A stretch of DNA of 64,000 nt, taken from NCBI RefSeq assembly GCF_030684315.1, contig NC_081390.1, positions 18,810,906 to 18,874,905 on the forward strand. The letters are read 5' to 3'. The notes beneath the pieces were generated by a model, which worked only from the letters and a program-made list of their open reading frames with translations, was not told the origin of the DNA and ran no database searches. Both the position numbers and the translations under genes were made by a program. Of the stretch, positions 1 to 13,780 are shown in pieces (position 1 is the stretch's first letter; each line of letters starts with the position of its first letter). This DNA comes from Stegostoma tigrinum. Its lineage: Eukaryota.

Positions 1-669
1 CAGAGCACCTATGCTCGGTTCACAATAAACAACTATACCTCCCAGCCCTGAACCATTTCAACTCTCCCTCCCATTCCTCAGACGACATGTCCATCCTGGG
101 CCTCCTGCAGTGCCACAACAATGCTACCCTAAGGTTGCAGGAACAGCAACTCATATTCCGCTTGGGAACCCTGTAGGCCAATGGTATTACTGTGGACTTC
201 ACAAGCTTCAAAATCTCCCCTCCCCCCACTGCCTCCCGAAACCAGCTCAGCTCGTCCCCACCTGCCTAACCTGTCCTTCCTCCCACCTATCCCCTCCTCC
301 CACCTCAAGCCCCAACCCCATCTCCTACCTACTAACCTCATCCTGCCCCCTTGACCTGTCTGTCCCCCCTGGACTGACATATCTCCTCCCTACCTCCCCA
401 CATACTCTCACCTTTACTGGCTCCATTCCCACCTCTTTGACTTGTCTGTCTCCTCTCCACTTTTCTCCTCTATCAATCTTCTATCCTCCTCCCCCTCTCT
501 CCCTATTTATTTCAGAACTCCCTTCCTCTCCCCTATTTCTGAAGAAGAGTCTAGACCCGAACCGTCAGCCTTCCTGCTCCTCTGATGCTGCTTGGCCTGC
601 TGTGTTCATCCAGCTCGACACCTTGTTATCTCAGATTCTCCAGCATCTGCAGTTCCTACTATCTCTGAC
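1..669 (+). mobile_element. Neptune-type Penelope-like element (PLE family A), 3' part (GIY-YIG C-terminus remnant plus 3' UTR), cut by window start
   Basis: Sequence is colinear with the copies at 22174-22861 and 31426-32836 (…AACCATTTCAACTC…CTTCAAAATCTCCCC…) and ends in the shared terminus GCATCTGCAGTTCCTACTATCTCTGA; decayed CTGAAGA…GAAAC motif near 539-566. Confidence 0.85.
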
Positions 670-681
670 AATTCAGTCCAG

Positions 682-795
682 GATTGATGGAGTGCTGCAC
701 TGTTGCCAAGACTATCTTTCAGATTAAATGTTGAACTGAGGCTTGAGCGGGTCTAAAAGATCCCATTGCCTCATTTCTTCAGCTGTGGCAAAAGA
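682..795 (+). mobile_element. Decayed Deu-domain SINE fragment (SacSINE1/AmnSINE1-like)
   Basis: GGAGTGCTGCACTGTT…TTAAATGTTGAACTGAGGC…AAAAGATCCCATTGC resembles the Deu core as I remember it; related relics at ~13400-13575, ~17305-17400, ~33580-33760, ~59140-59360 (-) and ~60370-60520. Recognition by eye only. Confidence 0.45.
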
Positions 796-2160
796 AAGTC
801 TTTTGAAATGAGTCCCTTTGGAAAGGCTGCAGCAAGATGCTACACGTTGTGAAATATTGTTTAACTCAATGTATCCTTGAGGATTTTGAAATGAGTTAAT
901 TGGAAAGTGAGTCATACATTGTATAAACTGCAATTGGCAGCTCATACTCTGGGGTTGAAATGAAATACCAAACATTCTGAAGTCATTAAAAGCAGATGAA
1001 AATGAGATCTGGAGAATTATGATGATGCTTGGAGATATTTGGATTTGGCTAGGTGAAATAGCGACGCTGATTACCAGTTTGTACAAAGTCGTGGAGAGCA
1101 GTTTTCATACACAAAATGGCACACTTTGTGTGGAGCATTAAGAAGTTACAACTTTGATCTCCCCGAATTACTCAACAGTTAAGATTGTTTACTTTGAACA
1201 ACCACAGATGTGGAAAATGAGTTGAGGTTTTAAAAATTACTGAACAATTGAATTTGGAACAGGTTTCTAAAATGAATTCTGGCAATTGGACAAGGTTGTG
1301 TATCTGTCGGGGATGTTCTGGACAAGACAATTTGGATGATAAATAGATAATTCTTTTCCTAGAAAGTTGATGCTTCTAGAACAGACTTTAGTAAATTTGA
1401 TAAATTTCTTTTCAAAAAGGACCCTAAAATGTTCTGAAGAAATAGAGACATTGGTATTGAATTGGTTGGGATTTGTCTAAAAAGATAAGCCTGTAGGTAA
1501 CTCAAAAGTAATCTTTAAAAGTGTTTAAAGGATTTTGATTTGGAGAGAATTAAATTAAATATTTCTACTTCAGAAGGTAAGAAGCTTGTTACTTCCCCAA
1601 AAAAATGAGTTAAAAAGACACATTCTTCCCTTAATAAAGTAGTACTGTCTATCTCTGATTAACCCATGCCTATTTAGTCAAGTCTATCACTAAACATTAT
1701 TCTAGTAATTACCCTGATTTTCCCACCACGGAGGTCAAACTGACTAGTCTTTAATTATGTGGCCTATCCCTTGCACCCTTCTGAACAATGGCACTATTAT
1801 AACATAGCTCCAATCCTCTATTACCTAACCTGTATCTGACAATTGGAAATGATCCTCAAAGCATCTGTTATTTCCTTCCTGGTTTCCTTTAACTGCCTTT
1901 AACAATTCATCCAACCCTAGTAATTTATCCACCTCAAGGAGGTTACTCCCTCCATTTCTTCTCTTTATATTTATTTTATCTAATATTTCACTCTCCTCCT
2001 CTTCAACGGGAATGTTTGCATCATCAACTCCTATGTGAAGGCAGAAACAAATTAAGATTCAATTAAGAAATTAAATTAAATTAAAACTCTATGTCTGGTA
2101 AAGTGCAATTGCCATCCCGGCCCCTATTTCAGCTAAGTGCCCATTATAGTAATGAAATCA

Positions 2161-2376
2161 AGACAACAAAGTATGAAGCTGGATGAACACAGCAGGCCAA
2201 GCAGCATCTCAGGTGCACAAAAGCTGATGTTTCGGGCCTAGACCCTTCATCAGGGAGCTCTAGACCCGAAACGTAAGCTTTTGTGCTCCTGAGATGCTGC
2301 TTGGCCTGCTGTGTTCATCCAGCTTCACACTTTGTTATCTTGGATTCTCCGGCATCTGCAGTTCCCATTATTTCTG
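2161..2376. mobile_element. MITE-sized hairpin made of two head-to-head PLE family A 3' ends, 15-bp TSD
   Basis: 2162-2240 is the near reverse complement of 2261-2340; flanked by identical ATAGTAATGAAATCA at 2146-2160 and 2377-2391. Confidence 0.85.
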
Positions 2377-3544
2377 ATAGTAATGAAATCATGCTGCCAT
2401 GTGTCTCTCTGTGCCTTCAGATCTTCAGATATTTGCTGTACTCCTTGACTTGGACATATGTTTAAACTTGGGTGAATGGAAAGCAGATAATATTAATGTC
2501 GCACAAATGTCAGACAGTGACCATCTTCAAAAAGTGAAGAAGTCTAAACACATCTCCTTAACAATTACTTACATTACTATTAACAAATGCCCCACCATCA
2601 CCATTCTGAGGGGTGAGCGTAACTGCATCAACAGATAATTAAATTAAATTAATCAAGAACCCTTCCCATGTCTTTTGCATTACGTACAAATTATCATGTA
2701 CATCTCTGATAGGCATAAACCTTTCCTTCATCATCCTCTTGATCTTAATGCACTGATACAATTCCTTTGTGTTTGCCTTAATTATACTAGAGAATATCTT
2801 TGTACAGCCTCTCTAAGTTTTCTTAACTTTCTTTTTCACTTTACCCCTGTATTTCCTACACTTTTCTAATCTCTCCAAAGAATTTTTGTTTTGAGATTAT
2901 CATAAGCTCTATTTTTCTGCATTACCTTACCATGTGTACTCCTGGGTAACCAGGATAATCTAGATTTAGCAATATCATTGAATTTCTTTGTGGAACATGT
3001 CTACACAGTGCCAGTAGAATTTTACTTCTGAATGTCTCTCACTAGTTTGATACAAACTCTCCTTGTAGAAGCTGTAACCAGTCTACATTTGCCAGATTTT
3101 TGCTCAGCTTTGTAAAGTGCACTTTCCTGAAATTTAGGACATTTACACCTGTTCTGTCTTTGTGCCTTTTGATAACTGTACTAAATCTAACTGCAGTACG
3201 AACATTATCTCCAAAATTGCCATTCACTGCTACTTCATCCATCTGCCTAGCTTCATTTCAGGAGACTGAATATAGAATTATGACTCCACTCATTGGGCTT
3301 ATCACATGCTGGCGAAAAAAAATTCACTTGAATGCAGTTGAAGAATTTCATATCCTTTGTATCTTACACAATCTTGTACCTCAGTTAAATTTCCCAATCT
3401 GAAATCTGCACACATATTGAATCCTCTTGCTCTCTGACACTATTTGGGGGCCTATAGTCAACACCTAGCAATGTGGCTACCCTATTTTTGTTTCAAAGCT
3501 TAATCTATTTAGCTTCAGATTCCCTACCACCATCATTCTGGGAG

Positions 3545-3990
3545 CTTACCATTGACTACATCTTAATTGGACTAGCCTGTTAGATACTGTAGCTAGAAGA
3601 GCAGGTTAGACACTAACAATTCTGTAGCAAATGGTTTGATTATTGAATTTACAATGCTATTCCACCAATGACAATACAAAAGTTAAGGGTATGATGAAAT
3701 ATTTTCAACTTGCGAGGATGAGTGCCGCTCTAACACTTTAAGCTGTGCTCCATCTTGGATCAAGCAGCCCAATAATTAGCACCTTGTCCAAAATATTGAC
3801 CCTTTCCATCACTGAAATGACAGCAATGTCCCTGCAGAAACTCATCATGCCGTCTTCAACTACAATCCACAAGAACTATCCCTTACCAACAAATGGGAGC
3901 ACCAACACATACAATTTCCCCTCCAAACCAATTGTTGACTATATTGTTGTTTCCTCACTGTCTCTGGGTCAAAATCCATTGAGTCTTGGA
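3545..3990 (+). mobile_element. Old LINE-like interspersed repeat fragment (unclassified)
   Basis: Similar to the reverse complement of 26840-27345; same family appears at ~6310-6710, ~18800-19480, ~24520-24895 and ~44590-44930. No intact ORF. Confidence 0.45.
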
Positions 3991-6961
3991 GTCCAGGGGA
4001 GCTTAGACCCAGGAAAGGAAGATGCTTGGGCTGAACAGGAGCAGTCATTGAGGCAATCCATGATGGAGCAGTTCTGGAAGATTTTCAAAGATAGATCAGC
4101 AAAATTGAAGTGTGAAACCTTGTGAAGTTTAACTAAATTTGATGAGTAACTGCATCATTAATATCTCAGAGGGAATTGCTCAGATATCAATAGCATTTGT
4201 CTTACCCATATTTGGTATTAAATGTCTGCTCTGGAAATGTTGAATCACAGTCTATTGCCCATATTTACCACGTCTTAATTCTGGGTGTTAGAAATTAATT
4301 ATATATGTATTGCAGGTATTATTGATGTAATCTTGTATAATAAAGTTTATTGTTGTTTGTTCAAAACAATGGAATCGCGTGTCTTTATTCTTCTTATAAT
4401 TTCCCTAAATCTCATATTTTGTCTATCTTAAAAATGTAAATTATTGGCCCCCCCATCAGAGTATAACATAAATTTGCCAGTCCAATCTGAAACTCCATTA
4501 AGTGATTGGATGAAGATGTAAATATTTCAATGTTGTAGTTGAATGCTACAGATGATTGTTTCCAGTTCTTTCATATTGACATTGATGCGGAAATTTAGTA
4601 CGGATGGAAAATTGTAGAAATTTTATAAACTGAAGCCACATTGACTATAACAAAGATCACCCTTTCACCATTATATGCAACTGAATGGAATGTCTTGCCA
4701 GGCACAGCAGGTGGCTGATCCAGAAAATTCTACACTTTTGATTCCACTGTGTCCTCTGGGAAACTTCTGATCTCGAAGGAAAAACAAGTTTGTAAATTCA
4801 CTGGATGACAAATGTGGAGTTAAGTCTGTACAAGAGGCAATAGCAAGCAATATTCCTGCAGCACATTGAAAAGCTGGTACAGCTAAAGCTTAAACCTCAC
4901 AATTAGAAGTTTAAACGTCAATGATTAAAAAGTAATGAACATGGGGGTGACTGAAAAGCACTACATACAATGTATGTTCGTCTTGACGTAAGGACTATAT
5001 ACATTTACTTAAACCTTGGAATAGCATGAGTTTTCATCGCCAAGCTTCAGCACTGCCCAGATTATTTTTTTGATGCACAATTGTTTAATCAATTTAAATA
5101 AAGCCTCTGCAGACTGACAAATGAAATCTTATTTGGTTTGATTACATTATGCTTTAGGTGCTAAAAGAATACTGTATAGGACATTTACATCAGAACTTCT
5201 GAATTAGAATGAATATGTGCTTGCAAATATTTACTCATCATTTATTTCATTTATTCATAGCTAACAACCTTCAGGAGACTCAAAACCTGTAGTTGGGATT
5301 GGAAGGGAAGTAAATGGTAAGGGTGCTGATGAAGGAGGGAATATGTTTTCCTTCCTATTTTAATTTTCCTCGATTCAACTCATAACATTCACCCACTCAG
5401 ATGGAAGAATGGTCATGGGCAATGTAAAAAATTCCAAATTGATTTTAAAGGAAGCTGCATTTAGCAATGCAGGAAAGGATTTCCTCGCCATTCTTCACTT
5501 CATGCTTCAAGGTGACCTGAATGCAACAATTGATACCCTAAGCTCTGGAGAATGTTGTTAGATATGCACTACATACACTTTGATTGAATTCTTCCAATCC
5601 CCAGGCAGGGCATTAGTCAGCAAGCCTCAACTGCCCTGATCCATTGTAATCTCACTTTCTCCAGCTCAGTGTCACTCTTGACGTTCTACCTTATCACACT
5701 TCACCAGATTTTCTTTAGTTAGTCTCAACTTCTTTTCAATCTTTTTGGTGCATATTCTATTGCCACTCTTCTGGGGCATACATAGGGGAGATGAAATACG
5801 TGTCCTGTTGATCTCAGTCATCTCTCTGTCATATTGTCTGACTGGTGCCTTTAAGAAGTCTGCTGTAGCATTTCCTCAATGATGAAGCTGTCACTCTAAG
5901 TGTTGTTTAGGATGTTACATAGCTAGTGACACCTTTGCTGTTCCTTTCCCTATCTCACTTGAATAGATTACACTCTGTCATGTTGGTTGGCAAATGGAGA
6001 AAGATTTGATAGTGTTTATTTTGGAGCATTTGTATGTGGCTCAATCACGTTGTCATCCTGTTAAGGATACACTATGAAGAAGTGAGGTCATTTTGATGTT
6101 TTGAAGAAAAATACTTAATTAGTGAAGGGCCTGGGCCATCTGATGGGGCCATATCCATTTGAGGTCCACAAATGGGAATAGAAGTGTCTTTTCTTTTCAT
6201 TATGTGAAAGTCATGATGGGTTGAGAAAGATCCAGTCCCTTTAAATTTATCTTCCGGCAAGTTCTGAAAATTTCTGGACGCTGAGTCATAGTTGGTAATA
6301 TTTCAGTTAATTTATTCATGAGATGTGAGTATTGATGGCATTTATTACTTATCCCTAATTGTCCAAAGGGCAATTAGAGCCAACTACAATTTGGTGGATC
6401 TGGAGTCACAAGTAGGCCAGATTGGGTCATGATGAGAGGTTTCCATCTGCAAAGGAGATTAATGAACCAGACTTTTATCCCAATTGAGGTTGGTTACATT
6501 GTCACCATTAGGCTTTGCCTTTTATTCTAGATCTTTGTCTAATTATCCATGATCATATCGAATGGCAAAGCGAGCTTGAACAACCAAAAGGCACACTCCT
6601 GCTCCTATTTTCTATGAATTCAAAAGTGCTGCCAATGTCCTCAGACCATTAGCCTGCACTTCTAGATGACTAGTCCAGTGGCCTTACCATTATACCACCA
6701 TGTCTCTGTTGCCAGTATTCCTATCAAGGATTGGCATTCTCTGTGTATCAGATTAACATTTAATAATATGTACAATGACTGACTGTTCACTCAGGTGCCA
6801 ATAGGCAATTAAATAGCTGGTCATTGAGCAAGATCTTTTGCATGATGGTGTTGTGTTCCTCTTTGACCCATGAGAAGAGCTTATAAAAATGAGAAGATGA
6901 CACAAAGAGGCAGTGAAATCACAATACGTTAGGTGAGGTGGGAAGTCCTTTTCTTTGTTGC

Positions 6962-7181
6962 TGAAATAACGGCGCAGAGGCTGGTATCCTGTCACCTAGT
7001 CACCCTTTGTTTACACATGCACAGTACAAGGGCTCTGACCAGTCAGCTCACAGCCAATCCCTAAAATGTGGAGACTCTCTGAATCTGTCAGCCAGGGCTC
7101 CCTAATTGCCTCAGGTTAACAACCCCATTCAAGGATCTCATAGTCGATGGGATCCACCTGGCCCTTATTCCAATCACTACA
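6962..7181 (-). mobile_element. Solo LTR, copy 1 of a ~230-bp family
   Basis: Minus strand begins TGTAGTGATTGG and ends TATTTCA (TG…CA); flanks GTTGC/GTTTC (5-bp TSD, 1 mismatch); homologous to 50486-50721. Confidence 0.7.
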
Positions 7182-8845
7182 GTTTCCATGTCCCCTCAGG
7201 TAAATAGACATGCAAACACACATTAGAATGAGGGGCCCAAACTGGGAATCGGCAACTGCAAGATAGCAATGGAATTTGCAGAATGGAGACTCAGATTTCA
7301 CTATCCAGGGATTGGCTGTAATTTAGATTGTTAAATGCATGCAATTTGTTCTGCCTGAAGCCCAGTCTTTACACCAACAGAGCCTGCAAAAGTTCTTTTT
7401 ATGCCTGAACATGTGCTATTTAAAACTTCAATTAGTCTTCTCCAGCATCTCTAATTTTCACACTAGTCACACCAAGAGTGAAGCCTTAAACCAGGGTTAC
7501 AACCAAGAAAAGGTTGGGAAACATTGCTTTTGAGAATATTTCATTAGCTGTAAAGTATATTAGGACATCCTAAAGTCATGAAAGGTCCTAAATAATTGCA
7601 TGTTCTTCCTTTAGATTTTTCTTCTGTTACCTTTGACTATTATCTTTTCATGTCTTACATCTGTGACATTTTGTTGTACTGGTCGATGTCAGATGTAGGA
7701 AGTCTGACTATCTTATAACATTATAAATGTTGTGACAGGTTATAATAATAGATTTCTCAGACATTACTACCACAGTAACATTGAAATAGTACTAAAAATA
7801 ACACACCACAGTCAGAATGATGTATAACCATGGTTCTTATGAATGAAAGATCAACGGGGAGTATGAGGTGGAGTCACTAAATACATATGGAATGGCTATA
7901 AATTCCCAACACTCATTACAAAATATTTTCCATAAATAATATGAAGGGTGTGGCAGATTTGTCATTTCGAAAGAAATGTGAAAAATTTTAAAAGACCACC
8001 ATCTTTATGTAATACAAAATGCTTGTGAGGGAGATTGAAGATCTCTGCTGATTCATTCTTTTCTAATAACACAGGAACTAGGAAATTCTTTAGTTCATTC
8101 AGTGCTGCTGCTCTCAGTAAAGATAGGTTCTTACAGCCAAATCTAGGAATTAAATAATCCTTAATTCCTGGTTTCTCCAGTCTTCTGTCTGACATTTTAC
8201 AACCTCAAATATGTGTTCAGAAAGGGTATTGGGGATTCATAGAACTCACTAACACTTACAACATAAAAGGAGGCCATTCAACCCATTACATCAATGCTAC
8301 CTGTTTGAAAGAACAATTGTGTTTAAGCATCTCACCCCTCTAACATTGTATGTTCTTCACTTTCATTAGTCTAACTAATTTCTAGAATTAGAATTATTTA
8401 TAGAATCTGTTTCAGCTGTCTATTGTGATTGATCTTTCCAGATTCCAAGAATTTTCTTGGTGAAAACAATTCTTCTTATTTCCACTCTCGCTCATTTGAA
8501 TGTGATTTTCTCTCTATGATGCCTGGTCATTGACCAACTCACAGGGGAAAATTGTTTTGTAGGCCTTCTCCAAGAAAGACTTTCATCTTATTACTGAGCT
8601 AATGTTTGTAAATGGAGTTAAGACACAGGAACCGTCATATGTGCTGAATGAGAAACAGGACTAATGAGCTGGCTGAACTATTTTTTCAGTTCTCTACATG
8701 AAGATAAGTCCTCAGTGATCAGCTGCTGAACTTCAGCAAAGTATTGTGATTTATTTTGGGGGATATATTGCGATAGGTAGGGTGAGGAATCAGACCACAG
8801 ATCTACTGTGGCTAATTCAGGGATTAAGCCATGTGGTAATAGAGT

Positions 8846-9235
8846 CATTAAGTCATACAGCATGGAAACAGACCCTTCGGTCCCACTTGTCCACGCTGAT
8901 CATGTTTCCAAACAAAACTAGTCCCAGTTGTCTGCATTTGGTCCATATCCCTCCAAAACATCCCTATTCATGTACCTAGAGTCACAGAGTCAAAGCGCTG
9001 TACAGCATGGAAACAGATCCTTTGGTCCAACTTGTCCATGCCGACCAGTTATCCTAAATTACTCTCATACCATTTACCAGCATTTGGACCATATCTGTCT
9101 AAATCCTTCCATTCATATACACATCCAGATTACCTTTAAATGTTGTAATTGTATCAGCTTCCATCACTCCCTTTGGCAACTCATTCCATACTTGCACCAC
9201 TATCCGCATGAAAATGTTGCCCTTGAGGTCCCTTT
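8846..9235 (-). mobile_element. Two tandem CR1/HER1 LINE 3'-end fragments
   Basis: CAGCATGGAAACAGA…TTGTCCA motif occurs twice (8859 and 9003) and matches the reverse complement of the LINE tail at 10050-10285. Confidence 0.7.
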
Positions 9236-10285
9236 CCTGAGGTTGATGGAGGAGGGTTGCTTTTCAGGCATGAGACCTGTGAATAGTAGTATGCCACAAG
9301 GATCGATGCTGGGTCCTCTGCTTTTCATCATTTATATAAATGATTTAGTTGTGAAAATAGGAAGTATGGTTAATAGATTTGCAGATGGCACAAAAATTGG
9401 AGGCGTAGTGGACAGCGAAGGTGGTTACCTCAGAGTACAATGGGGCCTTGGTCAGATGGGCCAATGGGCTGAGGAGTGGAGGCGGTGTTTAATTTAGATA
9501 AATGTGAGGTGCTGCATTTTGGAAAGGCAAATCAGGGCAGGACTTTTACACTTAATGGTAAAGTCCTGGGGAGTGTTGCTAAACAAAGGGACCTTGGAGT
9601 GCAAGTTCATAGTTCCTTGAAAGTGGAGTCACAGTTAGACAGGATAATGAGGAAGGTATTTGGTATGCTTGCCTTTGTTGGTCAGTGCATTGGGTATAGG
9701 AGTTGGGAGGTCATGCTGTGGCCGTACAGAACATTGGTTAGGCCACTTTTGGAATATTGCATGCACTTCTGGTCTCCCTCTTCTAGGAAAGATGTTGTAA
9801 GACTTGTAAGGGTTCAAAAAAGATTTTCATGCATGTTGCCAGGGTTGGAGGGTTTGAGCTATAGGATGAGGCTGAAAAGACTGGGGCTATTTTCCCTGGA
9901 GCCTCAGAGGCTGCGGGGTGACCTTATGAAGGTTTATAAAAACTTGAGGTGTGTGAATAGGGTAAATGGGCAAGGTCTTTTCCCTGGGGTAGCAGAGTCC
10001 AAAACTAGACAGCATAACTTTAATGTGAAAGGGGGAAGATTTCAAAGGGACCTAAGGGGCAACATTTTCACACAGAGAGAGTTGCATGTATTCAATAGGC
10101 TGCCTGAGGAAGTGGTGCAGGCTGGTACAGTAGTAACATTTAAAAGGATGGCTATATGAATATGAAAGGTTTATAGGGGTTTATACCAAATGCTGGAAAA
10201 TGGGACTAGATTAATTTAGGATATCTGATCAGCATGGATGAGTTCGATCAAAAGGTCGGTTTCTGTGAATACAACTCTATCATTC
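9236..10285 (+). mobile_element. 5'-truncated CR1/HER1-type LINE (RT C-terminal half plus 3' UTR), frameshifted
   Basis: ORFs 8928-9497 and 9476-10159 give MPQGSMLGPLLFIIYINDL…FADGTKIGG…FNLDKCEVLHFG…RDLGV…LVRPLLEYC…LRGDL…WN-like end, typical CR1 ORF2 motifs. Confidence 0.92.
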
Positions 10286-13200
10286 TGAATCTTTCTCCTA
10301 AATCTGCAAATTTACTAACCATACATCCCATGTTCCCATCCATACAATTTGTATAAATGGCAGAAAGCATTATCCAAATGTCTTTTAAACATGGTAACTG
10401 AAGAGAAATAGCACAAAAAATTGTAGTTTAACACAATCACCTGCAAATGCCAATTGATTAAGAAAAATAAATTTCAAACTCTGTATTAGTATGTTGACAT
10501 TATTTTGGTTCACGTGCCAGTCTCTTGTCTTCTGACCTAGCCAGTATCCCATTTGCCCTATTACTGTTTCTGTCGAATATTTTTCTGTGTACATGATCTT
10601 ATCTATGTGAAACCTGACAACCAGATCCCACAAATCTTCAAATTATACCAGTTGTGGCTAACACACTTCTGTGAGAGACACCCTGGACATATTTTGTCAC
10701 ATGTCTTTGAGTCTAACCCAGTGATATTTTAATGGAGAGTGCATGGCAACATGGAGATCTCAACTCAACATGTTAGTTAAATAGTGCCGTAAGCAAATTG
10801 CATTCAGGAGAATGGAAGCTTCTATGTGGCTATAATATCATGTATAGTGTTACAATTAAAAAATCAAAATTAGGATGGGTGTGAAGCAAGTAGCACAGAT
10901 GAGTTTAAAAGAGGATTTCAAAGACTCACTGTGCACTCTGAAAAATGTAAACAGACAACTGATGATAGGAAAAGTTTACAGGTAAATGATTAAACTAACA
11001 GAGGTTCTTTATTGACTTTTGGTAGGGCCTCATTTCTATTTGTCAGATAATATTTGAGAAGCAGCCCATAAATCAAACAATGATTGTTCTTTCAATTAAG
11101 AAGAGGCAGAGTAGGAATCAGGATCCGTGCGAATCATAGAAAATGGACTTATTTTTAGATGCAGTTGTAAGAGCTTAATGTATATCACTTGGATTTGTTG
11201 AACCTTGGAACTATTTATAGACAATATTTTTAGAATGAGTGCTGGAAACTGTTAAAGTTTATGTGCCTTTCAGTGGTACCACAAGTCAACCTTATACAAA
11301 GACTCTCATTCACAAGACCCATGAACACATCTTTCTTTGGTTGTGTCTACACTTCAGACATCAGACTGGGAAACTTGGCGATGTCTCGCTCCTAATTGAA
11401 ATTATGAACCTATGCAGAGAGCATCTTGCTTAAAAATAAATTGAGCTCTGTTGTTAAGCCATACGGATTAGGAGAAAGCTATACTCTCAACATATTTCAA
11501 AGTCTAGGTCAGTTTGAAAATACCCAGAAGATCCACAGCAATATTTAAATACATTTGTAACCCAGGTTGATGCCACAAATGAGTGACAACGTGGTTCTCT
11601 CCCTCAGAGGTTTCACACCGCTCCATTCTGAAGTCAAATCTAGATCCAGTTCTGGAGTTATGCAGTCAATTTTGCATTGTAACAGTTAGGACAGTATCAC
11701 AGTAACATTATATCTCCACCCTTTGTGTATCATATTGTCTTGTTGCTCCCACAGCAGAACAAATAATATGAACAACAAAAGACTTCTTCATGGAGAGATA
11801 AGATTCTTTAAAGAAGTGACATTACTTTCATTGTAACCAAACCACACACAGGAATTCTTTAAAGTTCTCTTAAGCAACCAGAACTCATTTGATGCAATTC
11901 CTAAAATAAATTATTTTATTCACAATGAGATCACATTTTTCAGGAACACAATAGCAAGGTTGCTTTTATATTATTCAATTTCTTGTAAAATTTACTCCTG
12001 TTCAGCCATTGATTGGATAAATATGTAGCGATTGTCCAGGAAGCAGCTTGGGTGGAAAAACAGAGTTAATATTTTAGGTTTGTGACATTTCTTCAGAGCT
12101 GGAAAATATAACAGGATTTAAGCAAATAGAAAGTCATAGAAAGGAGAGAGAGGACGATACAAAAGTGACGGTTTATAACAGGGTGACAGGTGTTATAAAA
12201 ATAATAATTCTGAAACAGTTAATGTTGACATTGTATTCATCTCTACCCAATCTGATAGTGTCTTCACTGGAGAATCTGGCATTCTCGTTTGAGATCTTGA
12301 TAGGGTTAGAAGACAAAGCTGGCTCTTGATAGACACAAGCAAATATGCCTGATCAGTCAATGTGGCTTGTATCTATTTCTGTTATGTAGGATAAGTGTCC
12401 CTGCATGTTAGAACTCACCAGGGGTCTATCTTCTGCTCTCTTCTGACTCATTGCTGCAACTGTCCAGCGATCATTTCCAGATGATAGATGTTTATGCATT
12501 TCCCAGATTAGATCATAACAGTTGGCTTCCTTTGAACAAAGGCTTTTTAATGTATGAAGTGCAAATTAGTAGAAACATGTTTATTCTCCATCCCTAGTTC
12601 AATTGAGATAATGGAAGTGAATTTCTGTTATGAACTGCTGAAGTCCTAATATTGTCAGTATTAAAATACTGTTAGGCAGGTAATTTTTGATCCAGGGATG
12701 AGGAAGTAGAGGCACATTTACAATTCATAGTTTGTGCCATTTAAACATAATAATGTTCCCATGATTTTGCTGCTGTTTTTCTCCATCTTGGTGATGACAA
12801 CAAGGCTGGGCAATATTGTCAAAGCAAGCTTGGCAATTTGCAGTCTATTCTGTAGGTGGTGTGTACAGTTTACTCCTGTAACAACAGTGTGCCTCTGATG
12901 AGGTCTAGTGTGTTAAGGGGGACATATGAAGATACACTTCATTGGATTTTTTGTGAGAAAGAGCGAGAAATGTTTATTTGCCCTCTGAGACAAACACTAG
13001 TTTGATTATTTGTTCATCATGTTTGCTTGGTTTAAAGGGTCCCTGATATTGAATTTAATTGCCTAGACCTGACAGGAAGGACACTTATTTGCTTCCTGCT
13101 TTCTGTATTTGTTATATTTTGAATCAATGTACTAGCATTTAATGAGTCATGCATATAGGGACCTAAGCCCCTCCGTCCCCTTCATAATTTCTAGCCTCTT

Positions 13201-13629
13201 GCCATTCAGATAGTATTACAAGATCTTCGATCCTTTATAGCTGGTTACTGGGTTTTGCCAATGCACTCTAGGCCCAAAACGTCAGCCTTCTTGCTCCTCT
13301 GATGCTACTTTGCCTGCTGTGTTCATCCAGCTCTACACCTTGTTATCTCACTAAAATGATATGTCTTTTGTTACTTGTATATACTGCATTCTTGAAAGTG
13401 CTGCCTCTCAAATGGGGGCCAGACCCCTTTCACACTTTGTTCGAGTGAGGTATCAAAGATCCTGTGTCACTATTCCCAAGAACAGTAGCCCTGGCTGATA
13501 TCGAGCTCTCAATCAACAACACCGCTTTCTGCTCATTATCACATTGCTGCCTTCTGTAAGACGTTGTTGTGCACGTTTACAAAGAGACAGCACCCCTGTT
13601 ACAAAGGAATGTAAAAACAGTAATTATTA

Positions 13630-13770
13630 GAGAAACTCAGCAAGTCTGGCAGCATCTGCGGAAAGAGAAACAGAAGCAGAAGTGAAAAATGATCACTGGA
13701 CTCGAAATGTTATCTGTCGCTCTGTTCATAGATGCTGCCAGACCTGTTGAGTTTCTCCAGCAGTTTCTAA
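13630..13770. mobile_element. Short PLE-like family C, inverted pair
   Basis: GAGAAACTCAGCAAGTCTGGCAGCATCT … AGATGCTGCCAGACCTGTTGAGTTTCTC are reverse complements; decayed GATCACTGGACTCGAAATGTTA core between them. Confidence 0.65.
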
Positions 13771-13780
13771 TTTTTAAAAT

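Noticed and set aside
724-13200. A second protein-coding gene upstream of ANXA11 (e.g. ORFs 724-1086, 6072-6260, 7962-8195)
   Set aside because: No recognisable protein motif or convincing chain of splice-compatible exons; cannot be excluded without RNA-seq or homology search.
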